Source: Bacteroidota bacterium
GTDB lineage: Bacteria; Bacteroidota; Bacteroidia; Bacteroidales; FEN-979
Reading direction: 5' to 3'
Length of the DNA stretch: 64,000 nucleotides
Assembly (NCBI GenBank): GCA_043810345.1
Contig: JBDROF010000102.1
Span: 22,118 to 86,117 of the forward strand
The notes beneath the pieces are model-generated. The model saw only the letters and a program-made list of their open reading frames with translations, was not told the origin of the DNA and did not search any database. Below, one piece after another: positions 23,339 to 31,687 of the stretch; the stretch's first letter is position 1; every line of letters begins with the position of its first letter. Made by a program: the position numbers and the translations under genes.

Positions 23339-23434
23339 CCCCTAAATCCCCTGAAGGGGACTTGTTCACGCGTAAAGGATGACCACTCCCCATCCCTCCC
23401 CTTAGAGGGGAGGGAGAAAGCCCCCTTTAGGGGG
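23339..23434. repeat. composite GC-rich hairpin element (three small hairpins)
   Basis: It comprises CCCCTAAATCCCCtgaaGGGGACTT, then CCCTCCCCTtagAGGGGAGGG (23394-23414, a perfect 9-bp stem), then CCCCCtttaGGGGG (23421-23434). The first and last modules recur at 58825-58877. The DPP-IV stop codon (23427-23429) lies inside the last hairpin. Confidence 0.85.
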
Positions 23435-25703
23435 TTTGGGGGTTGGTAAGGTTCTCGAGAATGAACTCCGTCATCCGTGTGTAGTTGTGCCAGGTAGTGT
23501 TCTTCCCGGAATAGATACCATGGTTGCTGTTGGGGTATACCTGCAGTTCAAACTGCTTGTTTGCCGCTACCAGTGCCGAAACCATGTCGTAGGTATTCTG
23601 GGCATGCACGTTGTCGTCAGCCATGCCATGGATGATCAGGAGGTTCCCTTTCAGCTTATCAGCATGGTTAACAGGTGAGTTATCTTCATAACCCTCCTCA
23701 TTTTCCCGAGGGGTGCGCATAAACCTTTCGGTATAAATATTGTCATAGTATTTCCAGTTGGTCACCGGAGCTACGGCGACACCCATGCTGAAATAATCAG
23801 CCCCTTTAGTCAGACAAGACAACGTGAGGTATCCGCCAAAACTCCATCCCCACATGCCGATCCGATGTGGATCCACGTAGGGCAACGTTCCCAGGTATTT
23901 GGCTGCTTCAATCTGATCCAGTGTCTCATATTTACCAAGCTGAAGATAGGTGCATTTTTTGAACTCCTGTCCACGGGCGCCGGTTCCCCGGTTATCCACC
24001 GAGACCACTAGGATGTCATGCTGGGCCAATAACTGGTTCCAGGCACTCACCGTTCCCCAACGATTGGCCACGGTCTGGGAACCGGGACCTCCATAAATCG
24101 TGAACAACACCGGGTATTTTTTCTCCGGATCAAAACCGGGTGGCTTCAGCATCCATCCATTTAGTTCCATTTCATCATCGGTGTTGAAGGAGAAGAGATC
24201 GGCCTGCTGGAAATCATACCTCTTCATAAGCTCCATCAACTTCTCATTGGTCTCCATAACCCTGATTTCCTCCCCGTCGGAGTTGTTCAAGGTAATGACC
24301 GGCGGGGTATTGATATCCGACCAGTTATTGATGTAAATGGTATAATCGGTGTTGAACTGTGCGCGGTTGGTCCCCTCCTTTCCAGAGAGCGTCCGTTTGC
24401 CTGATCCATCAAGGGCAATTACATTCACCTCCCGGTTAAGGGGAGAAGATTCGGCCGACTGAAAATAGACCAGCCCATGCTCTTCATCCACACCGTATAA
24501 CGATGTCGCGTCCCAGGGACCGGAGGTCAGCTGTCTGATCAACCTTCCATTCAGATCGTAAAGATACAGATGGTTATATCCATCTTTTTCACTGGAAAGC
24601 AATACCGATTCCCTATCCTTTAAAAATGTCCAGTCGTCGGTGATATCAATGTACCAGGGATTATTCTCTGTCAGGATCACACGTGATGAACCGTTGTTCG
24701 CATCCGCCAGCAGGAGCTCCAGTTTATTCTGGTGACGGTTCATCCGGTACATCGCCAGGGTATTGGGATCGGTTGTCCATTTGATCCGTGGAATATAGAT
24801 ATCCGTTTCTGTTCCTGTATCAACCGGAACGGTTTCACCCTGCTCCAGGTCATAAATCTTAATCGCTATCAACGAGTTATCCTCACCTGCCTTAGGATAC
24901 TTAAAGGTATAGATTTCGGGATAGATGTCGCCAAAATACTCCAAGGTATACTCTTTAACCTTCGATTCATCAAAACGGTAAAAAGCAATCTTTTTGCTGT
25001 TGGGCGACCAGAAAAACGCCTTGGTGAAGCCAAACTCCTCCTCGTAAACCCAATCGGTAGCCCCATTGATGATCGTGTTGAACTGGCCGTCGGTTGTGAT
25101 TTGCATCTCGCTAGTGAAGACCGGATCGTGGTTGGTATCATCACCCTGCCCGCCGCTCTTACCAGGATCCCAGATACCGGATGCCAGATCCCGGATAAAG
25201 AGGTTATTATCCCTGACAAAGGCCACTTTGTTCCCATCCGGAGAAAATGTGGCCAGCTGCTGCTTCTCGCCTTCTGATAATGGAACCAGCATCTTGGTCT
25301 CAATGTCAAAGATATAATAGAATGCTTTGGAAGAGTGGCGGTAGATCGATTCCCTTTCAGCAGCAAACAGGATCCTTGATTCATCCTGACTGAACTGATA
25401 ACTGGAGATCGGAACGGGAACGGTATCTCCTTTCGGGATCAGATCAGCAGAAGTGACAATGGTTCTCACATAATCTCCTGTGAGGTAGTCATACACGTTA
25501 AGACTATCGTTCTTAACCTGGCAAAAATATTGAACATCCTTAAGCGGGTGAATGTTATAAACACCCTTCGAGGAGAATGTCCTTTTCCTGATCACATCTT
25601 CGAGGGTAATTTGTTTATGTTCCTCCTGGGAATATCCTGCAACTGAAAAGCAAGCGAGCAGGAAAACCAATATTATTTTCTCTACCTTTGTTTGCATACC
25701 CAT
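23427..25703 (-). CDS. dipeptidyl-peptidase IV (S9B prolyl oligopeptidase family), secreted
   Basis: 758-aa ORF with a signal-like N-terminus, a beta-propeller region and a C-terminal hydrolase domain. The domain carries the nucleophile motif GWSFGGY and ...IHGMADDNVH.... Confidence 0.88.
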   Translation of the reverse strand: MGMQTKVEKIILVFLLACFSVAGYSQEEHKQITLEDVIRKRTFSSKGVYNIHPLKDVQYFCQVKNDSLNVYDYLTGDYVRTIVTSADLIPKGDTVPVPISSYQFSQDESRILFAAERESIYRHSSKAFYYIFDIETKMLVPLSEGEKQQLATFSPDGNKVAFVRDNNLFIRDLASGIWDPGKSGGQGDDTNHDPVFTSEMQITTDGQFNTIINGATDWVYEEEFGFTKAFFWSPNSKKIAFYRFDESKVKEYTLEYFGDIYPEIYTFKYPKAGEDNSLIAIKIYDLEQGETVPVDTGTETDIYIPRIKWTTDPNTLAMYRMNRHQNKLELLLADANNGSSRVILTENNPWYIDITDDWTFLKDRESVLLSSEKDGYNHLYLYDLNGRLIRQLTSGPWDATSLYGVDEEHGLVYFQSAESSPLNREVNVIALDGSGKRTLSGKEGTNRAQFNTDYTIYINNWSDINTPPVITLNNSDGEEIRVMETNEKLMELMKRYDFQQADLFSFNTDDEMELNGWMLKPPGFDPEKKYPVLFTIYGGPGSQTVANRWGTVSAWNQLLAQHDILVVSVDNRGTGARGQEFKKCTYLQLGKYETLDQIEAAKYLGTLPYVDPHRIGMWGWSFGGYLTLSCLTKGADYFSMGVAVAPVTNWKYYDNIYTERFMRTPRENEEGYEDNSPVNHADKLKGNLLIIHGMADDNVHAQNTYDMVSALVAANKQFELQVYPNSNHGIYSGKNTTWHNYTRMTEFILENLTNPQTP

Positions 25704-25740
25704 GTCATTTAGTAAATTTTAACTGCAAAAGTAGAAAAAT

Positions 25741-26244
25741 ATGCGGAGAGAGATCGGAACATTCGAAGCATTTGAAAAGACGATGGAGAGGATGCGGGGC
25801 GATGGCATCCTGCTCGTTGCCGGCTATCCTCCCAATCCCATGACCATCGGCTGGGGTTCGTTGGGAACTGTTTGGAGCCGTCCTGTTTTCCAGGTACTGG
25901 TCAGACCAACCCGATATACATTCGGACTCATGGAGGATAGCCAGGCTTTCACGGTCAACGTGCTCTCCGATGACTATCAAAATGAGTTATTGCTTTGTGG
26001 AACCCGGTCGGGGCAGGATCTGGATAAAGCAGCCTCCTGCGGCTTCACCATGGTCAAGGGCGAAACCACTACGGCATTTTACATCCAGCAATCAACCATC
26101 CACTACGAATGCCGTATCATCCACAAACACCTTCTTGATGCGGCCACCCTGGATCCGGCCATTATTGAACGCTACTATCCCTTACGCGATTTTCACATGG
26201 TTTACTATGGGGAGATCGTGGGAGTCTTTAGGAATGAGGAATGA
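25741..26244 (+). CDS. flavin reductase-like (FMN-binding split-barrel) protein
   Basis: 167-aa ORF with ...NPMTIGWGSLGTVWSRPVF...FTVNV...CGTRSGQDLDK.... The last three codons and the stop lie in the heptamer array. Confidence 0.65.
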   Translation: MRREIGTFEAFEKTMERMRGDGILLVAGYPPNPMTIGWGSLGTVWSRPVFQVLVRPTRYTFGLMEDSQAFTVNVLSDDYQNELLLCGTRSGQDLDKAASCGFTMVKGETTTAFYIQQSTIHYECRIIHKHLLDAATLDPAIIERYYPLRDFHMVYYGEIVGVFRNEE

Positions 26245-26341
26245 GAAATGAGGAATGAGGAATGAGGAATGAAGGACGAGGGACGAAGGGCGAAGGATGA
26301 GGGACGTGAGACGTAAGACGTGAATTTCGAATTTCGAATTT
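26230..26341 (+). repeat. 112-nt tract of 16 strictly phased heptamers with drifting words
   Basis: The units read in one 7-nt phase as AGGAATG x2, AGAAATG, AGGAATG x3, AAGGACG, AGGGACG, AAGGGCG, AAGGATG, AGGGACG, TGAGACG, TAAGACG, TGAATTT, CGAATTT x2. The tract overlaps the stop codon at 26242-26244. Confidence 0.95.
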
Positions 26342-26392
26342 GGCTACGCCGAGCTTCGCGGAGTTTATCACGGTAATACGGGGCTCCGGTTC
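26341..26392 (+). repeat. non-tandem conserved core TGGCTACGCCGAGCTTCGC...GCTCCGGTTC, also present at 45055-45086
   Basis: The second copy reads TGGCTCCGCCGAGCTCCGCttcGCTCCGGTTC. It shares both ends and lacks about 22 internal nt. Both copies directly follow a CGAATTT/AATTCGT-type heptamer array. Confidence 0.75.
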
Positions 26393-26421
26393 AAGTTTCA
26401 AATTCTTAACTGCATATACCC

Positions 26422-26475
26422 TATATCTTATATCTTATATCCTATATCCTAACATCCTATCATCCTACATCTAAT
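26422..26475. repeat. tandem 7-8-mers (TATATCT x2, TATATCC x2, TAACATCC, TATCATCC, TACATC...)
   Basis: Read directly from the spacer upstream of tRNA-Val. Confidence 0.85.
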
Positions 26476-26499
26476 CTTCTGTTTTTTTAAAACTTTCCT

Positions 26500-26507
26500 T
26501 AAATTTG
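26500..26507 (+). promoter_or_regulatory. candidate -7 promoter box TAAATTTG for tRNA-Val
   Basis: It matches TAnnTTTG, lies 12 nt upstream of the mature tRNA 5' end, and is preceded by a T-rich stretch. Confidence 0.35.
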
Positions 26508-26518
26508 CACCCGTTTCC

Positions 26519-26593
26519 GGGATGTTAGCTCAGTTGGTTTAGAGCATCGCCTTGACAGGGCGGGGGTCATCGGTTCGAATCCGCTACATCCCA
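26519..26593 (+). tRNA. tRNA-Val (anticodon GAC)
   Basis: Hand fold: acceptor GGGATGT/ACATCCC, D-arm GCTC...GAGC, anticodon stem TCGCC/GGCGG with loop TTGACAG, and T-arm ATCGG-TTCGAAT-CCGCT with one T-C mismatch. No CCA is encoded. Confidence 0.85.
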
Positions 26594-26655
26594 CGGTTCG
26601 AAGTTAGAAGCCGGAGGTTAGAAGTACGAAAGGGAGGCTGGAAGTGCGAAACAGG
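26594..26655. repeat. three copies of an 11-mer GA(A/G)G(T/C)T(A/G)GAAG with short spacers
   Basis: The sequence reads cGAAGTTAGAAGccgGAGGTTAGAAGtacgaaagGGAGGCTGGAAGtgcgaaac, immediately 3' of tRNA-Val. Confidence 0.7.
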
Positions 26656-27315
26656 TTATTCCTTATTTTTCCTTTGACTAAACCGATACGCGACCCCTAC
26701 CAGAAAATTAACCGAGTTTGTTTTCTCATACCAGTGACTTTCCTGGCTGATATCGTCCTTTACAATCTGATATAAGCCAAGATTATACCGGACCTCAACA
26801 GATACCAGGAACCGTTGCCACAGTGGAATATTCATTCCAATACCTGTACTCAAGCCCCAATCAAACCTGTTAAAAAATTGAGTTGTTTCATAGGTTCTTC
26901 CAAGCTCTTTTGGCCATGCATTATTTACAGTGTAACCTCTTAAAAGATATCCTGAAAAAAGGCCTGTCTGAAAAAAGAAGTTAATCTTTTTCCCAAATGT
27001 CATTCTGCCGAATATCTGCGAGATGAGATAGTTATAATTTATACGGCTTATCTCACCATGACTGTTAATATCTCGCTCCCCTTTTCGTTCAAATGAAAAA
27101 TCAGCCCTGATGGAAAAAAACTTGCGGAAATTGTATTGGATAAACGGTCCGGCTGAAAACCCGATCCCCGGATTTAAATGATCACAGCTGCCATTTATAA
27201 AAATCACACTGGGGCCACCTTCTATACCAATGTCTAACCGGTTTGTCTGACAAAATAAATTCACGGGATCAAGAAGTAATACCAGAATCAATACGGAAAC
27301 TATCAGGGATTTCAT
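26656..27315 (-). CDS. outer-membrane beta-barrel (porin-like) protein
   Basis: About 219 aa from the ATG at 27315 (MKSLIVSVLILVLLL... signal). The body shows alternating aromatic/polar beta-strand patterns and a C-terminal ...NFLVGVAYRF typical of OMP barrels. The region looks AT-rich. Confidence 0.6.
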   Translation of the reverse strand: MKSLIVSVLILVLLLDPVNLFCQTNRLDIGIEGGPSVIFINGSCDHLNPGIGFSAGPFIQYNFRKFFSIRADFSFERKGERDINSHGEISRINYNYLISQIFGRMTFGKKINFFFQTGLFSGYLLRGYTVNNAWPKELGRTYETTQFFNRFDWGLSTGIGMNIPLWQRFLVSVEVRYNLGLYQIVKDDISQESHWYEKTNSVNFLVGVAYRFSQRKNKE

Positions 27316-27371
27316 TGGGAAAAGATTCCTTATTTTGTCATCAAATTTACATAATGTTTTTCTAAAATAAT

Positions 27372-29009
27372 CTACCATAGACAGTTTGGTGGTGGTGGCG
27401 GCATCGTTAATTGTGAATTTCTGTTTTCTGAGTAACCACAAACATTTCTTTCACGAAGCCGGATTTGATATGTCTCTCCGGGTTCATATTGCCAATAATC
27501 GGCTGCATATCTTGTACTTGCAATCTGTTCTATTGAACCCGGTCGCCATGTTTGCGTGATAAAATCAAAAAACTGGCAGGAGGTGGTTGTTTCATCCAGG
27601 ATGGGATTCAGAACATGAAAAAAACAACCGTTTCCCGATTGTTCTGCAAAAAAAAGATCGGGTGGCTGCGAAGGCACATCTCCAATCACCGTAATATAGC
27701 ATGTATCATATTCAACATGGCCCCAGGGAAATGACACGGTTAAATAAATGGGGTATGTTTGATTGGGTTCGACACCGCTTTTGACCCAAATCTTCATTTT
27801 ATTATGATGTCGATGGGGATTGCTATTGGGGAACTGGAATGATTCAAATTCAAAAGCCGGGGATGACCATTGGTAAACTGCATTAGGATAATAATTTGCA
27901 CTGATAATTTTATCGGAATTTGAAGAGGAGTTTGAAGTAATGCAAATTCGCGGACTCCTGTCGAAAATCTTGATTGGTGAGGCCAATTCTCCTTCTTTTT
28001 TATACACACGAATATACTCAATCTCCATATACTTGGGCAAAGTTCCAGGATCGACAGGTGTATTATGATCTCCAACTGCATTTGGGCCGGAACCAAACCG
28101 TAAACAAAAAGGTCCGCTGGGAGAAATATATTCAATACCCGGCATCCCACAGCTTGGCGCAGGTGTTCCCGGGATATCTATCTGATGAATCAGGGTATTG
28201 TTTACAAACCACTTAATGTAGTTATCACTCCATTCAAGGGCAAATACGGTCCAATAAGTGAATGCATGATTATGTAAATCAACGCAATGACTTTCTTCTA
28301 CAAGGTTATTCTCAGGATAGGTTTTCCAATGGTAAGTTACATCAAATATTGTTGAATTATCATGCGTTTCAAAAATATCAATCTCGTTACTATCAAGGAA
28401 TATGTTGTGATAAGGGGTAAGGAATTCATCAGGATCCTGCACACACCATAACCACATGGCGGCTCCCTGGCCATCTTCTGCATATATTTTAACTTTTGCT
28501 TCAACATATCCAGAACCATAGAAATAATAGCTCTTGAAATAATCGTTGAGAACACTAAGGGTTTTTATTTCCCCACATGAATAAGGGCAATCCGGGGGAA
28601 CCGGAACATTGGTATTCCAAATTTTTGCGTGGTAAATTGCAGCCTGAGGGGGCTGAGGCGGAAGGCCATCATTCAATGGTAAGGGTTCATACAGTTCATA
28701 AGTAACATTATCCGGATTCTTACGAAAGCTCCAGGTGCATTCCGAACCATCATCGCCGTTTATACTTATATTCCAATGTTGGTTTACGGTTGAGGGATAG
28801 AAATGTTCATTTAACAATAGATAATATCCTGGTTTCTGAGATGGATTATTAGGACATGGGTTAACATATGCCTGTATTTCCGCACATCCTATGTGACAAT
28901 AATCAGAAATATTTTCCTGAGCGTATCCCATTATGAGAGGCATCGTAAGAATGACAAGAAACAAGTTCCTGATTATACCATATTTAAATAAAGAAACATG
29001 TCGATTCAT
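27372..29009 (-). CDS. secreted GH16-like glycoside hydrolase domain protein with a C-terminal domain of unknown function
   Basis: The start is set at the ATG at 29009 (MNRHVSLFKYGIIRNLFLVILTMPLIMGYAQ signal). The region ...GAAMWLWCV...SNEIDIFETHD... matches the GH16 catalytic pattern E-x-D-x-x-E. Confidence 0.6.
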   Translation of the reverse strand: MNRHVSLFKYGIIRNLFLVILTMPLIMGYAQENISDYCHIGCAEIQAYVNPCPNNPSQKPGYYLLLNEHFYPSTVNQHWNISINGDDGSECTWSFRKNPDNVTYELYEPLPLNDGLPPQPPQAAIYHAKIWNTNVPVPPDCPYSCGEIKTLSVLNDYFKSYYFYGSGYVEAKVKIYAEDGQGAAMWLWCVQDPDEFLTPYHNIFLDSNEIDIFETHDNSTIFDVTYHWKTYPENNLVEESHCVDLHNHAFTYWTVFALEWSDNYIKWFVNNTLIHQIDIPGTPAPSCGMPGIEYISPSGPFCLRFGSGPNAVGDHNTPVDPGTLPKYMEIEYIRVYKKEGELASPIKIFDRSPRICITSNSSSNSDKIISANYYPNAVYQWSSPAFEFESFQFPNSNPHRHHNKMKIWVKSGVEPNQTYPIYLTVSFPWGHVEYDTCYITVIGDVPSQPPDLFFAEQSGNGCFFHVLNPILDETTTSCQFFDFITQTWRPGSIEQIASTRYAADYWQYEPGETYQIRLRERNVCGYSENRNSQLTMPPPPPNCLW

Positions 29010-29013
29010 AAAT

Positions 29014-30213
29014 TTATAAAGTATTATGTTTGACAATTATTTTTTCAACAAAAAAACCTTCAGACGTATGAACGATCAAATAATAAAATCCTTCAGGTAT
29101 CACTTCACTGTTAATAGTGATTCTTAAATCGATAACCTTATTCCCTGAATAGAGAACTTTTCCAAATATATCCACTAGCTGAATCGAGTTAATTGTTCCC
29201 GAAAAAATCTTAATTGTGATTTGGTCATCTGCCGGATTCGGAAAGATTGAGATAGATTTCTTCCCGAAATCGTGAACGATCACCTGAATTTCAAGACACG
29301 GATGATTGTAAAAGAAGTTTGCAAAATAGGTGCCAGGGAAAGGTATAATAGGTGAGCTTACAACCAATTCCCCTGTTTGCAGATCAGCGGCATTAAAGGT
29401 AGTGTCCCCGCCGATAAAGTAATAATATTCCTGAAAGGGATCCAGCGTGGCAGGATTGTTTTGAATAGAATTTGCAATAATATTTTGTGAAATCAAGGTA
29501 ACCTCCCCTGTGTTTGGATTGATCATAGCGAGTTTTCTTCCCAGGGTCATATTTCCGGCAAGACCGTACACAATGGAATCATAACAGTTGAATATAATAG
29601 GACCAAAATATTGACCAGATGGGAGATCAATAACAGATTCCGAGATGATCCCTCCGGATTGGAAATCAACGCCGATCAGCATATTATTTGTCGTCTCGAA
29701 ATAAAATATGTTATGATATGGATCCAAGGTCGTATACGTAAGGATTCGGTAACTTGGTGCAATCGGATTTCCGGATATTATATCCACAACACCTGTATTT
29801 GGATCCAGTGATGCCAACCAAACCGCCTGACCGGTATTGTCCCATGCCAGGCCATAGAGTGTTGAATCGACACAATTATATTCTAAGCCATAGAACATGG
29901 AAGTCTGATACTGTATCAATTGAACGGCTTCCAGAAGGTCGCCTGTCTGTAAATTAAATTTAAGCAATACGGAATCCAGGCATTGATAGAAAATATGATT
30001 TACAGGATCTATTGCCCTTCCATTATATCCGGAAGTGAAACTCACCGCATTCTGTGAAATGTTTGTAACGACTCCTGATTGGGCAGATATCTTTGCCAGA
30101 TAAAGACCAGTACCCGAAGAAACTACACTGATACCATAAATTACCGAATCAATCTGTGCCTGTGAAAACATGTAGCCCAGTGAAAAGATGCTAATTAGAA
30201 GAATTTTTTTCAT
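29014..30213 (-). CDS. T9SS-sorted secreted protein with internal propeller-like repeats
   Basis: 399-aa ORF with a signal peptide (MKKILLISIFSLGYMFSQAQ). The module ...LYGL...IDPNTGxVxxIS... recurs. The C-terminal roughly 80 aa (ISIFPNPADDQITIKI...YYLIVHTSEGFFVEKIIVK) resemble a type-A T9SS sorting domain. Confidence 0.7.
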   Translation of the reverse strand: MKKILLISIFSLGYMFSQAQIDSVIYGISVVSSGTGLYLAKISAQSGVVTNISQNAVSFTSGYNGRAIDPVNHIFYQCLDSVLLKFNLQTGDLLEAVQLIQYQTSMFYGLEYNCVDSTLYGLAWDNTGQAVWLASLDPNTGVVDIISGNPIAPSYRILTYTTLDPYHNIFYFETTNNMLIGVDFQSGGIISESVIDLPSGQYFGPIIFNCYDSIVYGLAGNMTLGRKLAMINPNTGEVTLISQNIIANSIQNNPATLDPFQEYYYFIGGDTTFNAADLQTGELVVSSPIIPFPGTYFANFFYNHPCLEIQVIVHDFGKKSISIFPNPADDQITIKIFSGTINSIQLVDIFGKVLYSGNKVIDLRITINSEVIPEGFYYLIVHTSEGFFVEKIIVKHNTL

Positions 30214-30610
30214 ATGAGAATTTTTGCAAAATAACTTCCCTTGAAAACAGATAAAGCTACATAAAATAGTTGGTTGATTTTCAGGTGTAACCCTTCTTCT
30301 AATATCTTTGCCCCGGCCACCTTCTTTCGTTAGTAATTCGTTTTATTGTAAAAAAATCGTTTGCTTACGATACCGAAAAAGGTTATTTTTCTCCTTCCCC
30401 TTCTATTCTGTAATGATTATTTTAAAGCAATAAGTATGCCAAAAATATAATTACCTAACATTCAATACATTAAAAATCAGATTGTCGGAATGAAAAGAAA
30501 AAGGTGTCAAAATATTTGAAACTGGTGTAAATAAATTGGACAGTGTAAAAAGGAAAAATACCAGGAGTGCAATAAAAAAACCGGCCCACAATTCATGAGC
30601 CGGCTTTCGT

Positions 30611-30650
30611 CCATGGCAATAAATGGCAATCCATGGCAATAAATGGCAAT
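30611..30650. repeat. tandem duplication of a 20-mer CCATGGCAATAAATGGCAAT (sub-period 10)
   Basis: Positions 30611-30630 and 30631-30650 are identical. The repeat lies 17 nt downstream of the response-regulator stop codon. Confidence 0.95.
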
Positions 30651-30666
30651 CAACCGATCTCTTCCC

Positions 30667-31062
30667 TCATCCTTCTCCCCGATCCATGTACTTCTTAATC
30701 AGCTCGATCATTTCATTAGCCCGGATAGGTTTAGCTATAAAATCCCAGCATCCGGCTGCGAAGGCCGCTGCCTGATCATGTTCGGTGGCGTAAGCGGTTT
30801 GCGCAATAACGGGAAGGGTTTGCCTGAATGACGTGATTTTTTCTGTAGCTTCCAGTCCATCCATCCCGGGCAGCCGGATATCCATCAGCACCACATCAAT
30901 TTCGGGATGCTGTATGCAAAGATTGATGGCATGTTCTCCCTCAAGTGCATGAAAAATAGTGGCCCTGGTCGGTTTCAAAACGACATCCAGGTAACTGAAA
31001 CTTATTTGATCGTCTTCCACTACCAGAATGGATTTCCCCTGCCAATTGATCTCCCCCCTCAT
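30667..31062 (-). CDS. receiver-only (CheY-like) response regulator, paralog 1
   Basis: 131-aa ORF with the REC residues present: VVEDD, the phospho-acceptor context VVLMDIRLPGMDG, AQTAYA and KPI. About 70% identical by eye to the ORF at 38653-39081. Confidence 0.85.
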   Translation of the reverse strand: MRGEINWQGKSILVVEDDQISFSYLDVVLKPTRATIFHALEGEHAINLCIQHPEIDVVLMDIRLPGMDGLEATEKITSFRQTLPVIAQTAYATEHDQAAAFAAGCWDFIAKPIRANEMIELIKKYMDRGEG

Positions 31063-31063
31063 A

Positions 31064-31687
31064 TTACTGTTTAAGGATGGAACGTGAGATGACTATTTTC
31101 AGAATTTCAGAAGTGCCTTCGTAAATCTGGGTAGCTTTTGCTTCCCGCATCAACCGCTCCACATGATACTCCTTTACATATCCGTACCCGCCCAGGATCT
31201 GAACCGCCTGGGTAGTTACTTCCATCGCGATATCGGCACAATATTGTTTGGCCATCGCACTGGCCGTAGTATAGGGCCGGTGCTGATCTTTCAGCCAGGC
31301 AGCTTTCAGGACAAGCAACTGACCGGTTTCAATCTTCACCGCCATATCAGCCAGCTTAAATGCGATGGCTTGGTGATTGCAGATTTCTGTCCCAAAAGCT
31401 TTCCGCTCTTTTGAATAGTGGAGAGCGCGTTCGTAAGCTCCCATCGCGATTCCTAACGCCTGGGCGGAAATTCCTATGCGGCCGAAATCGAGCTGTTTCA
31501 TCGCCAGCGAAAATCCAAAGCCTTCTTCCCCGATCCGGTTTTCTTTCGGGATTTTCACGTCGGTGAACATCACCGAATGGGTATCGGAACTTCTGAGCCC
31601 CATTTTGTTTTCATGAGGACCCAATATAATGCCCGGCGTATTCTTTTCAACGATAAAGCCATTGATCCCTTTGTGCTTCTTTGGAAC
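31064..31687 (-). pseudogene. 5'-truncated acyl-CoA dehydrogenase (C-terminal roughly 205 codons only)
   Basis: The translation ...KKHKGINGFIVEKNTPGIILGPHENKMGLRSSDTHSVMFTDVKIPKENRIGEEGFGF...QIYEGTSEILKIVISRSILKQ is the middle and C-terminal part of an ACAD. The frame stays open to about 31727, but homology stops near 31687 and no ATG or N-terminal domain is present. AT-rich foreign-looking DNA begins there. Confidence 0.8.

Noticed and set aside
26230-26475. CRISPR array, considered for the many short direct repeats here and at 38.6, 42.7, 45.0, 48.4-49.1 and 58.2 kb
   Set aside because: The units are 7-8 nt and contiguous, with no unique spacers of about 30 nt. No cas genes are nearby. These are tandem micro-arrays, not CRISPR.
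30574-30603. Intrinsic terminator after the receiver gene (CCGGC..13 nt..GCCGG followed by T7 on the minus strand)
   Set aside because: The stem is only 5 bp with a 13-nt loop, which is too weak to report as a feature. It is mentioned only as context.
30451-30639. 62-aa minus-strand ORF with a hydrophobic stretch in the AT-rich spacer
   Set aside because: Its start lies in the 20-mer tandem repeat and it spans a hairpin/T-run region. It has no ribosome-binding context I can recognise and no homology signal.
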